Part shown: positions 38,879-47,204 of the stretch, piece by piece | Layout: every line of letters starts with the position of its first letter | Numbering within the stretch: position 1 is the first letter of the stretch | Translations under genes and position numbers: made by a program | Assembly: GCA_038248505.1 (NCBI GenBank) | Contig: JBBRXJ010000002.1 | Span: 32,048-96,047 of the forward strand | Direction of reading: 5' to 3' | Source of the DNA: Bacteroidales bacterium | GTDB taxonomy: Bacteria; Bacteroidota; Bacteroidia; Bacteroidales; JBBRXJ01 | DNA: 64,000 bases | The notes under the pieces: generated by a model | The model's input: only the letters and a program-made list of their open reading frames with translations | What the model was told of the DNA's origin: nothing | Databases searched by the model: none

Positions 38879-39850
38879 TTAGGCTAAAAGTAACTTTATC
38901 TCCTTCGCAACTTGAAGCACCTCCTCGGTGTCATAATACGGATGCAGTGGAATGGCAACAATTCCATCTTTAAAAACAGAATCAACATTCTCAATTTTAG
39001 GCCAAAAACAAGGTAGAAATATTTTTTTTGTCATTAACTTATCTCTTAAACTCATTGTATCAGGCACTAAAAGTGGTAAAAATGAGCAAAACACAGGACG
39101 TATGTCTATGGAGAAATCTTTTAATATTGAATATGCGGCATCATAATTCTTAGCTCTTTTATTTGTAATAATTTCATTATTCAATAAATTATATAGGAAC
39201 AAACGAACACTACCATCAGAGGCTTTGAATGTTTTTTTCTGTTTATCTAATGTTTGTTCAGCTGCAGCAAAAAGATCTAAATAGTCATTTTCATTGTCCA
39301 TTTTGCTCATTAAAAATTTTGTCTTCGCCTCTCTAGCTAAATTTTTAATTTTAGCAAAAGGCGCTATTAAATCTATTTCAAAATTACAATGAAAAATACT
39401 GGTAGAAGCCAAAATACTGCCATCAGATACCTCTAAAATTTTTCTCCAACTAGTATATCCGTACCAATTTTTTAATGCATCCTTATTTAGTGGAAGTAAA
39501 TCGAAGACAAAGTCATCAATAACGATTTTTTCTCGAAACTGTAAGGGAATTGGATTAAAGGAACCAAAGTAAGAGATTCTATAAAAAACATCAAATTCTT
39601 CATTAATTGAACCAAAATCTATAGTGAGATCGCGATTAACATGATAAAAGGAATATGAACAACCAGCATTTAAAACCTCATCGAGTACTACTTTACATAA
39701 AAAATCGGGAAGCAAAATTTTCTTGCTAGTGATATTCGAGAGTATTAAACGTAGTGACGTACGACCACTATCTGTAAAACAAGACATAGTGGAATTCTCG
39801 AGCTGAGGTAACTCACCTCCAAAATATTTTCGTTCGTTATTTTTTATCAT
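38879..39850 (-). CDS. Divergent DegT/aminotransferase-fold-like protein of unknown function
   Basis: 323 aa. Weak colinear resemblance to the DegT family: TDSGRTSLRLIL resembles xSGTxALxLAL, ILLPDFLCKVV resembles VIxPxxTFxAT, and SWRKIL may correspond to the SFxxxK PLP-lysine region. Confidence 0.35.
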   Translation of the reverse strand: MIKNNERKYFGGELPQLENSTMSCFTDSGRTSLRLILSNITSKKILLPDFLCKVVLDEVLNAGCSYSFYHVNRDLTIDFGSINEEFDVFYRISYFGSFNPIPLQFREKIVIDDFVFDLLPLNKDALKNWYGYTSWRKILEVSDGSILASTSIFHCNFEIDLIAPFAKIKNLAREAKTKFLMSKMDNENDYLDLFAAAEQTLDKQKKTFKASDGSVRLFLYNLLNNEIITNKRAKNYDAAYSILKDFSIDIRPVFCSFLPLLVPDTMSLRDKLMTKKIFLPCFWPKIENVDSVFKDGIVAIPLHPYYDTEEVLQVAKEIKLLLA

Positions 39851-41009
39851 AAAACTTTTTTAACAATAACGTTTTAAAATCGGTTTTCTTTAAAACCTTG
39901 AGTAAATTTAAACTACTGTTACCTTTGCCATATGGATTTTTAACATTTGATACTACCTTCATATATGATGTTGAATAGATCTTGTCTAATGCTTTATCAA
40001 TCGCTATGCAGGTACAAGGCACATTAATTACACTTGATGCTCGTATACGACCTGTCTGTCGTGACCCAATATTTATGGAGGCCACATGAAGACTTGGCGC
40101 TTCAACAATACCACTAGAAGTATTACCAACAACAGCATCCATATATTTCATCATTGATAAATAGCGATGACGACCTAATGAAACAAATGTGAAGATTCTC
40201 TTTGGATACCTTCTCTGATATTTTAAACATTCTTCCCAAATAATTTTACCATCCATATCGGCATTAGGCTTGGTAAAAACAATATTCATATCTTTATGCT
40301 TTTCAAAAGCTTTTAGAATTTCAGATATCTGTAATATAGCGGATTTATCGCCAATCGTTTCTGGATGAAAAGTTACTAAAATATTTTTATTGCCAAACGT
40401 AAAGCCCGTTTGTTTCTCAACTTCACGTTTTGATAGTAGTTTGGTATGCGTTATATAATCGAGTCCTACTTCACCAATATTAAAAACACGACTCGGATTT
40501 TCGCCCATTTGAATAACACGTTGCCTATACTCTTTCGTTGCAGTAAAATGAATATTACTGAGCTTAGTAATAGCATGACGAATTGAATCATCTACTGCTC
40601 CTTCTGTTAGTTCGCCACCACTTATATGCGCCACCGGTATTTGATAAATGAGTGCAGCAGAAACAGCCACTAATATTTCATAACGATCTCCCAAGACAAC
40701 TAATAAATCGGGGGTAAGCTCTTTATATGCTTCTGCAAATCCTATCATGCCTACTCCCATTGACTTTACAACACCAGCAGAAGTATCGTCCGAGATGAGC
40801 ATGTCTACTCTTAAATCAATTCGAAAGCCATCATTTTCAATCTCACTAAACGTCAATCCATGATCTTTTGATAGGTGCGAGCCAGTAACAAGAATCTGAA
40901 CCTTAAAAGCACTATCTTTTACTGCCATTTTTAATAAAAAATGTAATAATCCATAATCGGATCTTGCTCCTGTAACAAAACAGATTTTTCTCTTATTTGT
41001 TTTTTTCAT
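39837..41009 (-). CDS. neuC: Hydrolysing UDP-sugar 2-epimerase (NeuC/LegG type)
   Basis: 390 aa with ICFVTGARSDYG, VLGDRYE and HISGGE motifs. Confidence 0.85.
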   Translation of the reverse strand: MKKTNKRKICFVTGARSDYGLLHFLLKMAVKDSAFKVQILVTGSHLSKDHGLTFSEIENDGFRIDLRVDMLISDDTSAGVVKSMGVGMIGFAEAYKELTPDLLVVLGDRYEILVAVSAALIYQIPVAHISGGELTEGAVDDSIRHAITKLSNIHFTATKEYRQRVIQMGENPSRVFNIGEVGLDYITHTKLLSKREVEKQTGFTFGNKNILVTFHPETIGDKSAILQISEILKAFEKHKDMNIVFTKPNADMDGKIIWEECLKYQRRYPKRIFTFVSLGRHRYLSMMKYMDAVVGNTSSGIVEAPSLHVASINIGSRQTGRIRASSVINVPCTCIAIDKALDKIYSTSYMKVVSNVKNPYGKGNSSLNLLKVLKKTDFKTLLLKKFYDKK

Positions 41010-41134
41010 CCGTAAATAATTATTTTTTTAGGTCGTATGTAACCCATATGTGTTCGGTCAGGAGGTAGATCAACATACATAAAACTACTCTCAACTGGGT
41101 TTCTTTTAACAGAAAGTTTACATGTGGGTTTCAT
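41006..41134 (-). CDS. Unlisted 42-codon ORF bridging neuB and neuC
   Basis: My translation is MKPTCKLSVKRNPVESSFMYVDLPPDRTHMGYIRPKKIIIYG. Its ATG overlaps the neuB TGA (ATGA at 41131-41134) and its TGA overlaps the neuC ATG (ATGA at 41006-41009). It fills the whole 121-nt gap with no stop. Confidence 0.4.
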   Translation of the reverse strand: MKPTCKLSVKRNPVESSFMYVDLPPDRTHMGYIRPKKIIIYG

Positions 41135-42135
41135 AATAAAATAGCTTCATCTTTTAAGTATGCTTTAGAAGCAGCCTTTCCATCTAATTTAATCCAATTT
41201 TCAGGTTCCACTCCAAAACCATTACTTCGCTTTAAACACATATTATCTGAAGACAATAGATCGCCTTTATTTATATCTCTTAAAGCAACAATAATTTTTC
41301 GAACCACTTTTTTATTTTCGAGTTCAATGGCAAATGGTTTTTTTATTCCATCGCCCAAACATTTCTCAACATTTCTTATTCCAGCAACCATTAAATTTAG
41401 CTCTATAGGAGATAAACTTGCGATATGATCAGGCCCCTGCATGGCTTTATCAATCGTAAAATGCTTCTCTATAAGCTCAGCACCAATTGCTACTGCAGCA
41501 ATAGGGACTTCTATTCCAAGTGTATGATCAGAGTAACCTACCTTAACATTAAAAACCTGCTTAATGGTTTGCATCGCTTTCAAATTTACCTGATCAAACG
41601 GTGTCGGATAATTGGTAGTACAATGTAAAATGGTAAGTTTTTCGCTGGTGATTCCCTCCTCATTGAGCCATTGTATTGCTTGTGCAATTTCATCCATAGT
41701 AGCCATGCCAGTTGATAGAATCATGGGTTTACCGAACGATGCAATATGACGTAAAAAGGGGTAGTTAGTAAGCTCTGCAGAACCGACTTTAAAGATATCT
41801 TGTAAATCATTTAAAAAAGTTGCACTTTCAAAATCATCGGGTGTTGAGAGAAATAAAATGCTTTTTGAATCACAATATTTCTTTAGTTCTCTAAAATCAT
41901 CAAAAGACAACTCGAGTCTTTTTAACATATCAAACTGACTTTCCTTAACTCCCGTATTCAGCGTTTGATATTCGGCTTGCGGCGAATCTTTTGTAACTAG
42001 TAATTCCGTTCGCCAGGTTTGAAATTTCACCGCATCCACACCAGCTTCAGCAGCAATATCTACCAGCTTTTTAGCCAATTCAATATCGCCATTATGATTT
42101 ACTCCTGCCTCTGCAATAATAAAAACGTTACTCAT
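41131..42135 (-). CDS. neuB: Nonulosonic acid synthase (NeuB/LegI type) with a C-terminal SAF domain
   Basis: 334 aa with IIAEAGVNHNGD, KFQT and GYSDHT motifs. Confidence 0.9.
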   Translation of the reverse strand: MSNVFIIAEAGVNHNGDIELAKKLVDIAAEAGVDAVKFQTWRTELLVTKDSPQAEYQTLNTGVKESQFDMLKRLELSFDDFRELKKYCDSKSILFLSTPDDFESATFLNDLQDIFKVGSAELTNYPFLRHIASFGKPMILSTGMATMDEIAQAIQWLNEEGITSEKLTILHCTTNYPTPFDQVNLKAMQTIKQVFNVKVGYSDHTLGIEVPIAAVAIGAELIEKHFTIDKAMQGPDHIASLSPIELNLMVAGIRNVEKCLGDGIKKPFAIELENKKVVRKIIVALRDINKGDLLSSDNMCLKRSNGFGVEPENWIKLDGKAASKAYLKDEAILL

Positions 42136-43109
42136 ACTTGTCGGTACTTGAGAAAATATTTTAACTGATTACCTGGGTGTTTATTGTCCCATATTTGTTT
42201 ATATTTTTCATAAATATCGGGAATAAAAACCATTCCTCCAATAAAAAATGTTTTTGTTATATCTGAAAACTTACTCTTAAAAAATAATAATGAATCTTCT
42301 GTGTTATTCGATTTACCGCCGCCAAGGTGAAACCACTTACAATTTCTCTCTTTGGCAATATCAAATAATCGATCGAGCAATAAATAATTCCCATTAAGTT
42401 TCATTTGTTCGGTAACATTACCCGACAAATGATAATGAGCTATTTCTTTGCCAAACATAAAACAGCCTGCAGAAATTAGCTCCTCATTGCTGCTTACACC
42501 ATAAAAACGGATATTTGAGAAATTTGCCATTTTTTTAAAATACGAGTCGTCGAAAAAATAAAAATCAGCTGCATCCTCACGATTCATTGTTTCGTGGTAT
42601 ATAATTTGAAACCGTTTTAAATCCGTCAATTCAGAAAAACTAAGTACTGATTCACATTTTCTGAGCAATGTTCGTAGCTTAGATTTATAGCACTCCCAGC
42701 GCTCATCATGACTTTTCATTAAATCGACAATAACTACATCTCTATCGGCTGAACAAAAGCTTAAAAAAGGGGAATGTAAAGATGGAAAAGAATTAAAAGG
42801 ATGAAAACGTATAAACTCAGCAATAATTTTTTCTTTAACACAATGCTCCTTATATTTTTCAAGCGCTCTTTTTATGAATAGAATATCATCCGTGTTTACC
42901 AAATAACCACCGTATCCATAAGGAGTTTCAAGATCATAAAATGTTTCGGATAAAACCTCATCTCCAATTTTTTTAATGGGTCTACGAATAGCTAAATTGT
43001 AAAAAAGAAGGGAACCCTCATCGTATCTAAAACTAAAAATAGACTCATCACCGGAAATGTAAAGCCTAGCGTAGTTTTCATCATAATATATGTCTTCTAA
43101 AAGATTCAT
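42132..43109 (-). CDS. FemAB/GNAT-like (Acetyltransf_6-type) acyl- or aminoacyl-transferase candidate
   Basis: 325 aa. The YDLETPYGYGGYL motif and the C-terminal HYHLSG...HLGGG pattern are as I recall for FemAB-like proteins found in glycan loci. 4-nt overlaps on both sides. Confidence 0.5.
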   Translation of the reverse strand: MNLLEDIYYDENYARLYISGDESIFSFRYDEGSLLFYNLAIRRPIKKIGDEVLSETFYDLETPYGYGGYLVNTDDILFIKRALEKYKEHCVKEKIIAEFIRFHPFNSFPSLHSPFLSFCSADRDVVIVDLMKSHDERWECYKSKLRTLLRKCESVLSFSELTDLKRFQIIYHETMNREDAADFYFFDDSYFKKMANFSNIRFYGVSSNEELISAGCFMFGKEIAHYHLSGNVTEQMKLNGNYLLLDRLFDIAKERNCKWFHLGGGKSNNTEDSLLFFKSKFSDITKTFFIGGMVFIPDIYEKYKQIWDNKHPGNQLKYFLKYRQV

Positions 43110-44257
43110 TTAGGTATTTTATTATTCACGCTACTCGGAATATTCACCACTCTATCAGCCAGCCAATCGGTATTCACCAATGCATACTGCTGACATGCTG
43201 TGAACATTGGCAAATGGTGCATTGGAGTCCAAAGAGGACGCGTCATTACTCCGCTATCATTTGTTTCATTAAGAAAAACGTCTCTCTCAGTTTTATCTTT
43301 TAAAACAATAGCATTAAGCCAGTAATTTGAAACGGCATCAACAGGTTCGGTTAAAAATGAATATCCGCTTGCATTACAATAATTTTTATACCGACTTGCT
43401 TGTTCGCGTTTCTTAACAATAAAATGGGGCAATTGCTCCATTTGAGCACAACCCAATGCGGCATTAATATTTGGCAATCGGTAATTATATCCTATTTCAT
43501 CATGGTTAAATTCCCATCTATGAGGCACTCTTGCTTGAGTTGTAAGGTGCTTTGCTTTTTTGGCTAGCAAAGGATCAGAAGTAAGAATCATTCCGCCTCC
43601 GCCCGTAGTTATGGTTTTATTGCCATTAAAACTAAGAATACCGAACAAACCATAATTACCAGTATGAATACCTTTAAAGGTACTTCCTAAAGATTCAGCA
43701 GCATCTTCAATCAACTCAATATGATAATGTTTACATATTTCTGTAATTTTATCAATCTTCAATGGATGACCAAAAGTATGCATTGGTACGCAAGCCTTTA
43801 TTACAGCTCCAGTTTTTTTATTACGACATTGACCATGATTAATTATACTATATTCCTTTAAAAATTCCTCCAAGGCATGAGGTGATAGGCCAAGGGTTTC
43901 CTTGTCAACATCAATAAAAATAGGTTTTGCCCCAGTATAATGAATGGCATTGGCTGTAGCAATAAATGTAAGCGATTGAGTTATTACTTCATCCCCTTGT
44001 TCAACACCCGCCATTTTTAAAGCAAGATATAAGGCATTGGTTCCGTTAACTACTGCTATTGCATAAGGCGCACCAGTGTATGCAGCCATCATTTCCTCAA
44101 AACGATCAACAAATTTACCTACACTTGAAACATAGGTACTGTCAATACATTCATTAAGATAGGCTTTTTCATTTCCTGAAAATAAAGGCTCATGTAAAGG
44201 AATAAAATCCTTTTGGGCATATTCAGATTTGATGAAATCAATAATTGGCTTAAACAT
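43106..44257 (-). CDS. legC: LegC/PglE-type DegT-family aminotransferase
   Basis: 383 aa. IPLHEPLFSGNEKAYLNECIDSTYVSSVGKFVDRFE is the characteristic LegC-type N-terminus. A lysine region SFNGNKTITTGGGG is present. Confidence 0.8.
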   Translation of the reverse strand: MFKPIIDFIKSEYAQKDFIPLHEPLFSGNEKAYLNECIDSTYVSSVGKFVDRFEEMMAAYTGAPYAIAVVNGTNALYLALKMAGVEQGDEVITQSLTFIATANAIHYTGAKPIFIDVDKETLGLSPHALEEFLKEYSIINHGQCRNKKTGAVIKACVPMHTFGHPLKIDKITEICKHYHIELIEDAAESLGSTFKGIHTGNYGLFGILSFNGNKTITTGGGGMILTSDPLLAKKAKHLTTQARVPHRWEFNHDEIGYNYRLPNINAALGCAQMEQLPHFIVKKREQASRYKNYCNASGYSFLTEPVDAVSNYWLNAIVLKDKTERDVFLNETNDSGVMTRPLWTPMHHLPMFTACQQYALVNTDWLADRVVNIPSSVNNKIPK

Positions 44258-44271
44258 AGTCTGGTTTTAGG

Positions 44272-44279
44272 CAAAATTA
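44272..44279 (-). promoter_or_regulatory. Candidate -7 box TAATTTTG upstream of legC
   Basis: The reverse complement matches TAnnTTTG and lies 15 nt upstream of the ATG at 44257. Confidence 0.35.
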
Positions 44280-44564
44280 AAAATTATCAACGTAATAAAA
44301 GGTTTTTTATTCGTATATTGCTATTGAGATACGGATTAAACCAATGACGAGTGATCTGTTTTATGATTTATTCAACAAAATTACGGCTTAAAAATACTTC
44401 ATTTGTTATAAATATAGAGAATTTTGAGATATTCAAGATAAAAACAAGACCTTCTAAATAAAAATCTAAAAGCTAATAATCAGTAAATTAGACCATCTTA
44501 AACAAGTCCACAATCAAACAAAATTTATAAAGCAGGAAGACAATCGTTTTGAAAATCTGTTTTA

Positions 44565-44810
44565 ATGTTTAATTTTACTTTTTCAATATATCAAGGAATG
44601 ACACAGTTTAAAGATAAAGAGATTCGACTTTTTACCGAAAACCGCAGACTCGGTGGCCATAACATTCATGTAATTGATGATTGGGGCTATAAATTAAAAA
44701 CACGTTTCGTTAAAGAACGTGAAAAAGAACTTTACTTGAAAGAATTTGGCGAGAAGCTAATATCTGATGAAGAATTTTACAAATGGTGGCTCAGAATAAA
44801 CAATCAATAA
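44565..44810 (+). CDS. Hypothetical 81-aa protein upstream of metF
   Basis: ORF track only. Charged C-terminal half, no motif. An alternative start at MTQFK is possible. Confidence 0.3.
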   Translation: MFNFTFSIYQGMTQFKDKEIRLFTENRRLGGHNIHVIDDWGYKLKTRFVKEREKELYLKEFGEKLISDEEFYKWWLRINNQ

Positions 44811-44847
44811 ACACTCTCAGCATCTTAAATATTTGAAAAAAACATAA

Positions 44848-45714
44848 ATGAAGATTACCGATATTTTTAAGCAACAAGAAAAAACTTTTTCTTTTGAATT
44901 TTTTCCTCCTAAAGATGAAATAAGTGCTATTGAATTTGGCGTAAACGCAGGTCAACTCATGCGCCTTAACCCATCATTTATTAGTATTACCTATGGGGCA
45001 GGCGGATCAAATCAAGAACGCACTTTTAATTTAGTGGATCTTTTTCAGAATAAACTGGGCCTAACAACCATGGCGCATTACACTTGTGTTAATGCAACTC
45101 AAGACAAGATAAAGTCCGACTTAGAACATCTTTCAAAACACAATATTGAAAACCTAATGCTATTGCGTGGTGATCCACCAGTTGGACAAAAAGTATTTGT
45201 TCCCTTTGAACAAGGATTTGGATATGCAAGTGATTTAATTGGTTTTGCGAAAAAACTTGGAGGCTTTTCAATAGGCGCAGGTGCTTATCCAGAGAAACAC
45301 CCTGAAGCAACAAGCATTGCAAATGACATAAATAGCCTGAAAAAGAAAGTAGATGCTGGTGCCGATTTCCTCATTACACAACTATTTTTTGATAATAAAG
45401 TTTACTTTAAATTTAAAGAACAAGTAAAACAAAATGGCATTAACTGCCGCATAATTCCAGGCATTATACCAATTACTAGCTACAACCAAGTAAAAAGATT
45501 TGTTGATATGAGCGGCGCAGCTATTCCTATTGACCTCCGAGAAAAACTGGAAGCACATAAAGAAGATGATAAAAAAATATATCAAATAGGTTTAGAATAC
45601 GCCATTCATCAATGTCAAGATCTTTTAAAACAAGGTGCTCCTGGCATACATTTTTACACATTAAACAAATCGCGTGCAGCTATTGAAATATATGAATCAA
45701 TAGAAAAGTTATAA
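44848..45714 (+). CDS. metF: 5,10-methylenetetrahydrofolate reductase
   Basis: 288 aa with FSFEFFPPK, ITYGAGGS and HFYTLN motifs. Confidence 0.9.
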   Translation: MKITDIFKQQEKTFSFEFFPPKDEISAIEFGVNAGQLMRLNPSFISITYGAGGSNQERTFNLVDLFQNKLGLTTMAHYTCVNATQDKIKSDLEHLSKHNIENLMLLRGDPPVGQKVFVPFEQGFGYASDLIGFAKKLGGFSIGAGAYPEKHPEATSIANDINSLKKKVDAGADFLITQLFFDNKVYFKFKEQVKQNGINCRIIPGIIPITSYNQVKRFVDMSGAAIPIDLREKLEAHKEDDKKIYQIGLEYAIHQCQDLLKQGAPGIHFYTLNKSRAAIEIYESIEKL

Positions 45715-45730
45715 AAAAAGCTCTTATTTT

Positions 45731-46450
45731 TCAAAAATACATCTTTATTGTCTTACGAACCAAAACAGTATTATAATCTGCAAGTGTTCTAAGATCAATA
45801 AATTCTGGATTAAACTGATCAAACATAACCTCGCAAGCAAGATCAAAAATACGACTTTCAGTTTGATCAATAATTTGAATATTTGATGTTGATATTATTG
45901 CATTCGATTGACATATTAAAGAACATGTAATATCCGATTTACTTAGCACCTCCGCATGAAGGCTTGACATCTTTAATTGTTCAAGTAAAACACGTTCAAT
46001 AAAATCAGAAGTAGTCATTCTTGTATCAATATAAAACAATAATTTGGGTAATGGATTATAATTTGACAGAAAACGTACTAAAGCAGAAACCGCACACACT
46101 ATAATATCATGATTATTTGAATCTTTATGCAACCCCTCGGTATCACGTATCATATCATCAAAACAGATAAAAATCTTATGTTTTAGAAAATAATTAGCGA
46201 TTGTGCGAATCACATTATATGCATCAATAGCAAGGATATCGGCATCCAGGCGATCAGTCAATTTATTTTTGCGCTCAGCAACCTTTTCAAGAGTAAAAAC
46301 CCCTAACAAAAGGATATCAGATTGAATAGACGTTAAACCATACCGTTCACAAACAAGAGTATGTACTACATCTTGTTGATACTTTTTCTCTAGTAAAAAA
46401 AAGTAATCTTTTAGCGCCTCAATAAATTCAGCTGAAAAATCATTCGCCAT
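45731..46450 (-). CDS. Hypothetical protein with a NYN/PIN-like (YacP-like) nuclease motif
   Basis: 239 aa. ILAIDAYNVIRTI resembles the LxxDGYNvI motif of NYN-domain proteins, and there are later acidic residues (FICFDD, IIDQTE). Confidence 0.4.
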   Translation of the reverse strand: MANDFSAEFIEALKDYFFLLEKKYQQDVVHTLVCERYGLTSIQSDILLLGVFTLEKVAERKNKLTDRLDADILAIDAYNVIRTIANYFLKHKIFICFDDMIRDTEGLHKDSNNHDIIVCAVSALVRFLSNYNPLPKLLFYIDTRMTTSDFIERVLLEQLKMSSLHAEVLSKSDITCSLICQSNAIISTSNIQIIDQTESRIFDLACEVMFDQFNPEFIDLRTLADYNTVLVRKTIKMYF

Positions 46451-46666
46451 AATAAAAGGTAAAAAGGTTTTACACAGTTTATTAACATTAAATCAAATAT
46501 AAGATATCGCTTGTGAATATAAGGAGCTACTGCAATAAAAAAGAGCTATAAAGTAAAAAATAATTGCATTTTAAAAAAAACAACACCCATATGATGGTAT
46601 CATATACAAATTTATGTATATTAGCATAATAAATCATTTAATGCAAACCTTGAAAACCTAATAATT

Positions 46667-47131
46667 ATGAGAAGAATACTTGTCTTGATGATCATAAGCA
46701 GTTTGTTTTTTACCAACTGCAAGTTTATAAAGTCCAAAATGTTCGGCAAAAAACATGCTGCTGATACAATGGAAAATTATCTTGCACGTATGGATAGCAT
46801 TCGTGCTGCCGACTCCCTTTCAATGCTCGAAATGGAACAATCACAAGTTGATTCAACCAACCCCGCTGAAGTAGCTCCAGCTGCAACATTTAATTCTTCC
46901 AACAAATATCATGTAATTACGGGTAGTTTTAAAACTCCCGAATATGCCGAGAGCTATAAAACTAAGATGGCTTCGCAATTTAGTTTTCCTGAAGCAACTA
47001 TTGTTTCTGCTAGTAATGGCTTTAATTTGGTATCTGTAAAACAAATGCCTGATATGAGAAGCGCAATAAATGAAATGATGAGTATACGAGATAAAGGTGA
47101 ATTAGAAGCTTGGATTTACGTTGCAAATTAA
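46667..47131 (+). CDS. SPOR-domain lipoprotein
   Basis: 154 aa. Lipobox-like signal peptide LFFTNC. The C-terminal KYHVITGSFKTPEYAESY...GFNLVSV fits a SPOR fold. Confidence 0.65.
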   Translation: MRRILVLMIISSLFFTNCKFIKSKMFGKKHAADTMENYLARMDSIRAADSLSMLEMEQSQVDSTNPAEVAPAATFNSSNKYHVITGSFKTPEYAESYKTKMASQFSFPEATIVSASNGFNLVSVKQMPDMRSAINEMMSIRDKGELEAWIYVAN

Positions 47132-47145
47132 TTTAATAAGGATAT

Positions 47146-47181
47146 AAAAAAAAAGGAAAGAAGCAATTCTTTCCTTTTTTT
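47146..47181 (+). terminator. Rho-independent terminator
   Basis: AAAGGAAAGAA (47152-47162), loop GCAA, TTCTTTCCTTT (47167-47177), running into a T7 tract. Confidence 0.8.
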
Positions 47182-47204
47182 ATTTGTACTAAACTATATT
47201 AAAG

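Noticed and set aside
44258-44847. Possible SAM, THF or other riboswitch in the long untranslated region upstream of metF
   Set aside because: I could not find any SAM-I core or other riboswitch consensus I know. The region is AT-rich with an 81-codon ORF. A covariance-model scan (Rfam/Infernal) would be needed to be sure.
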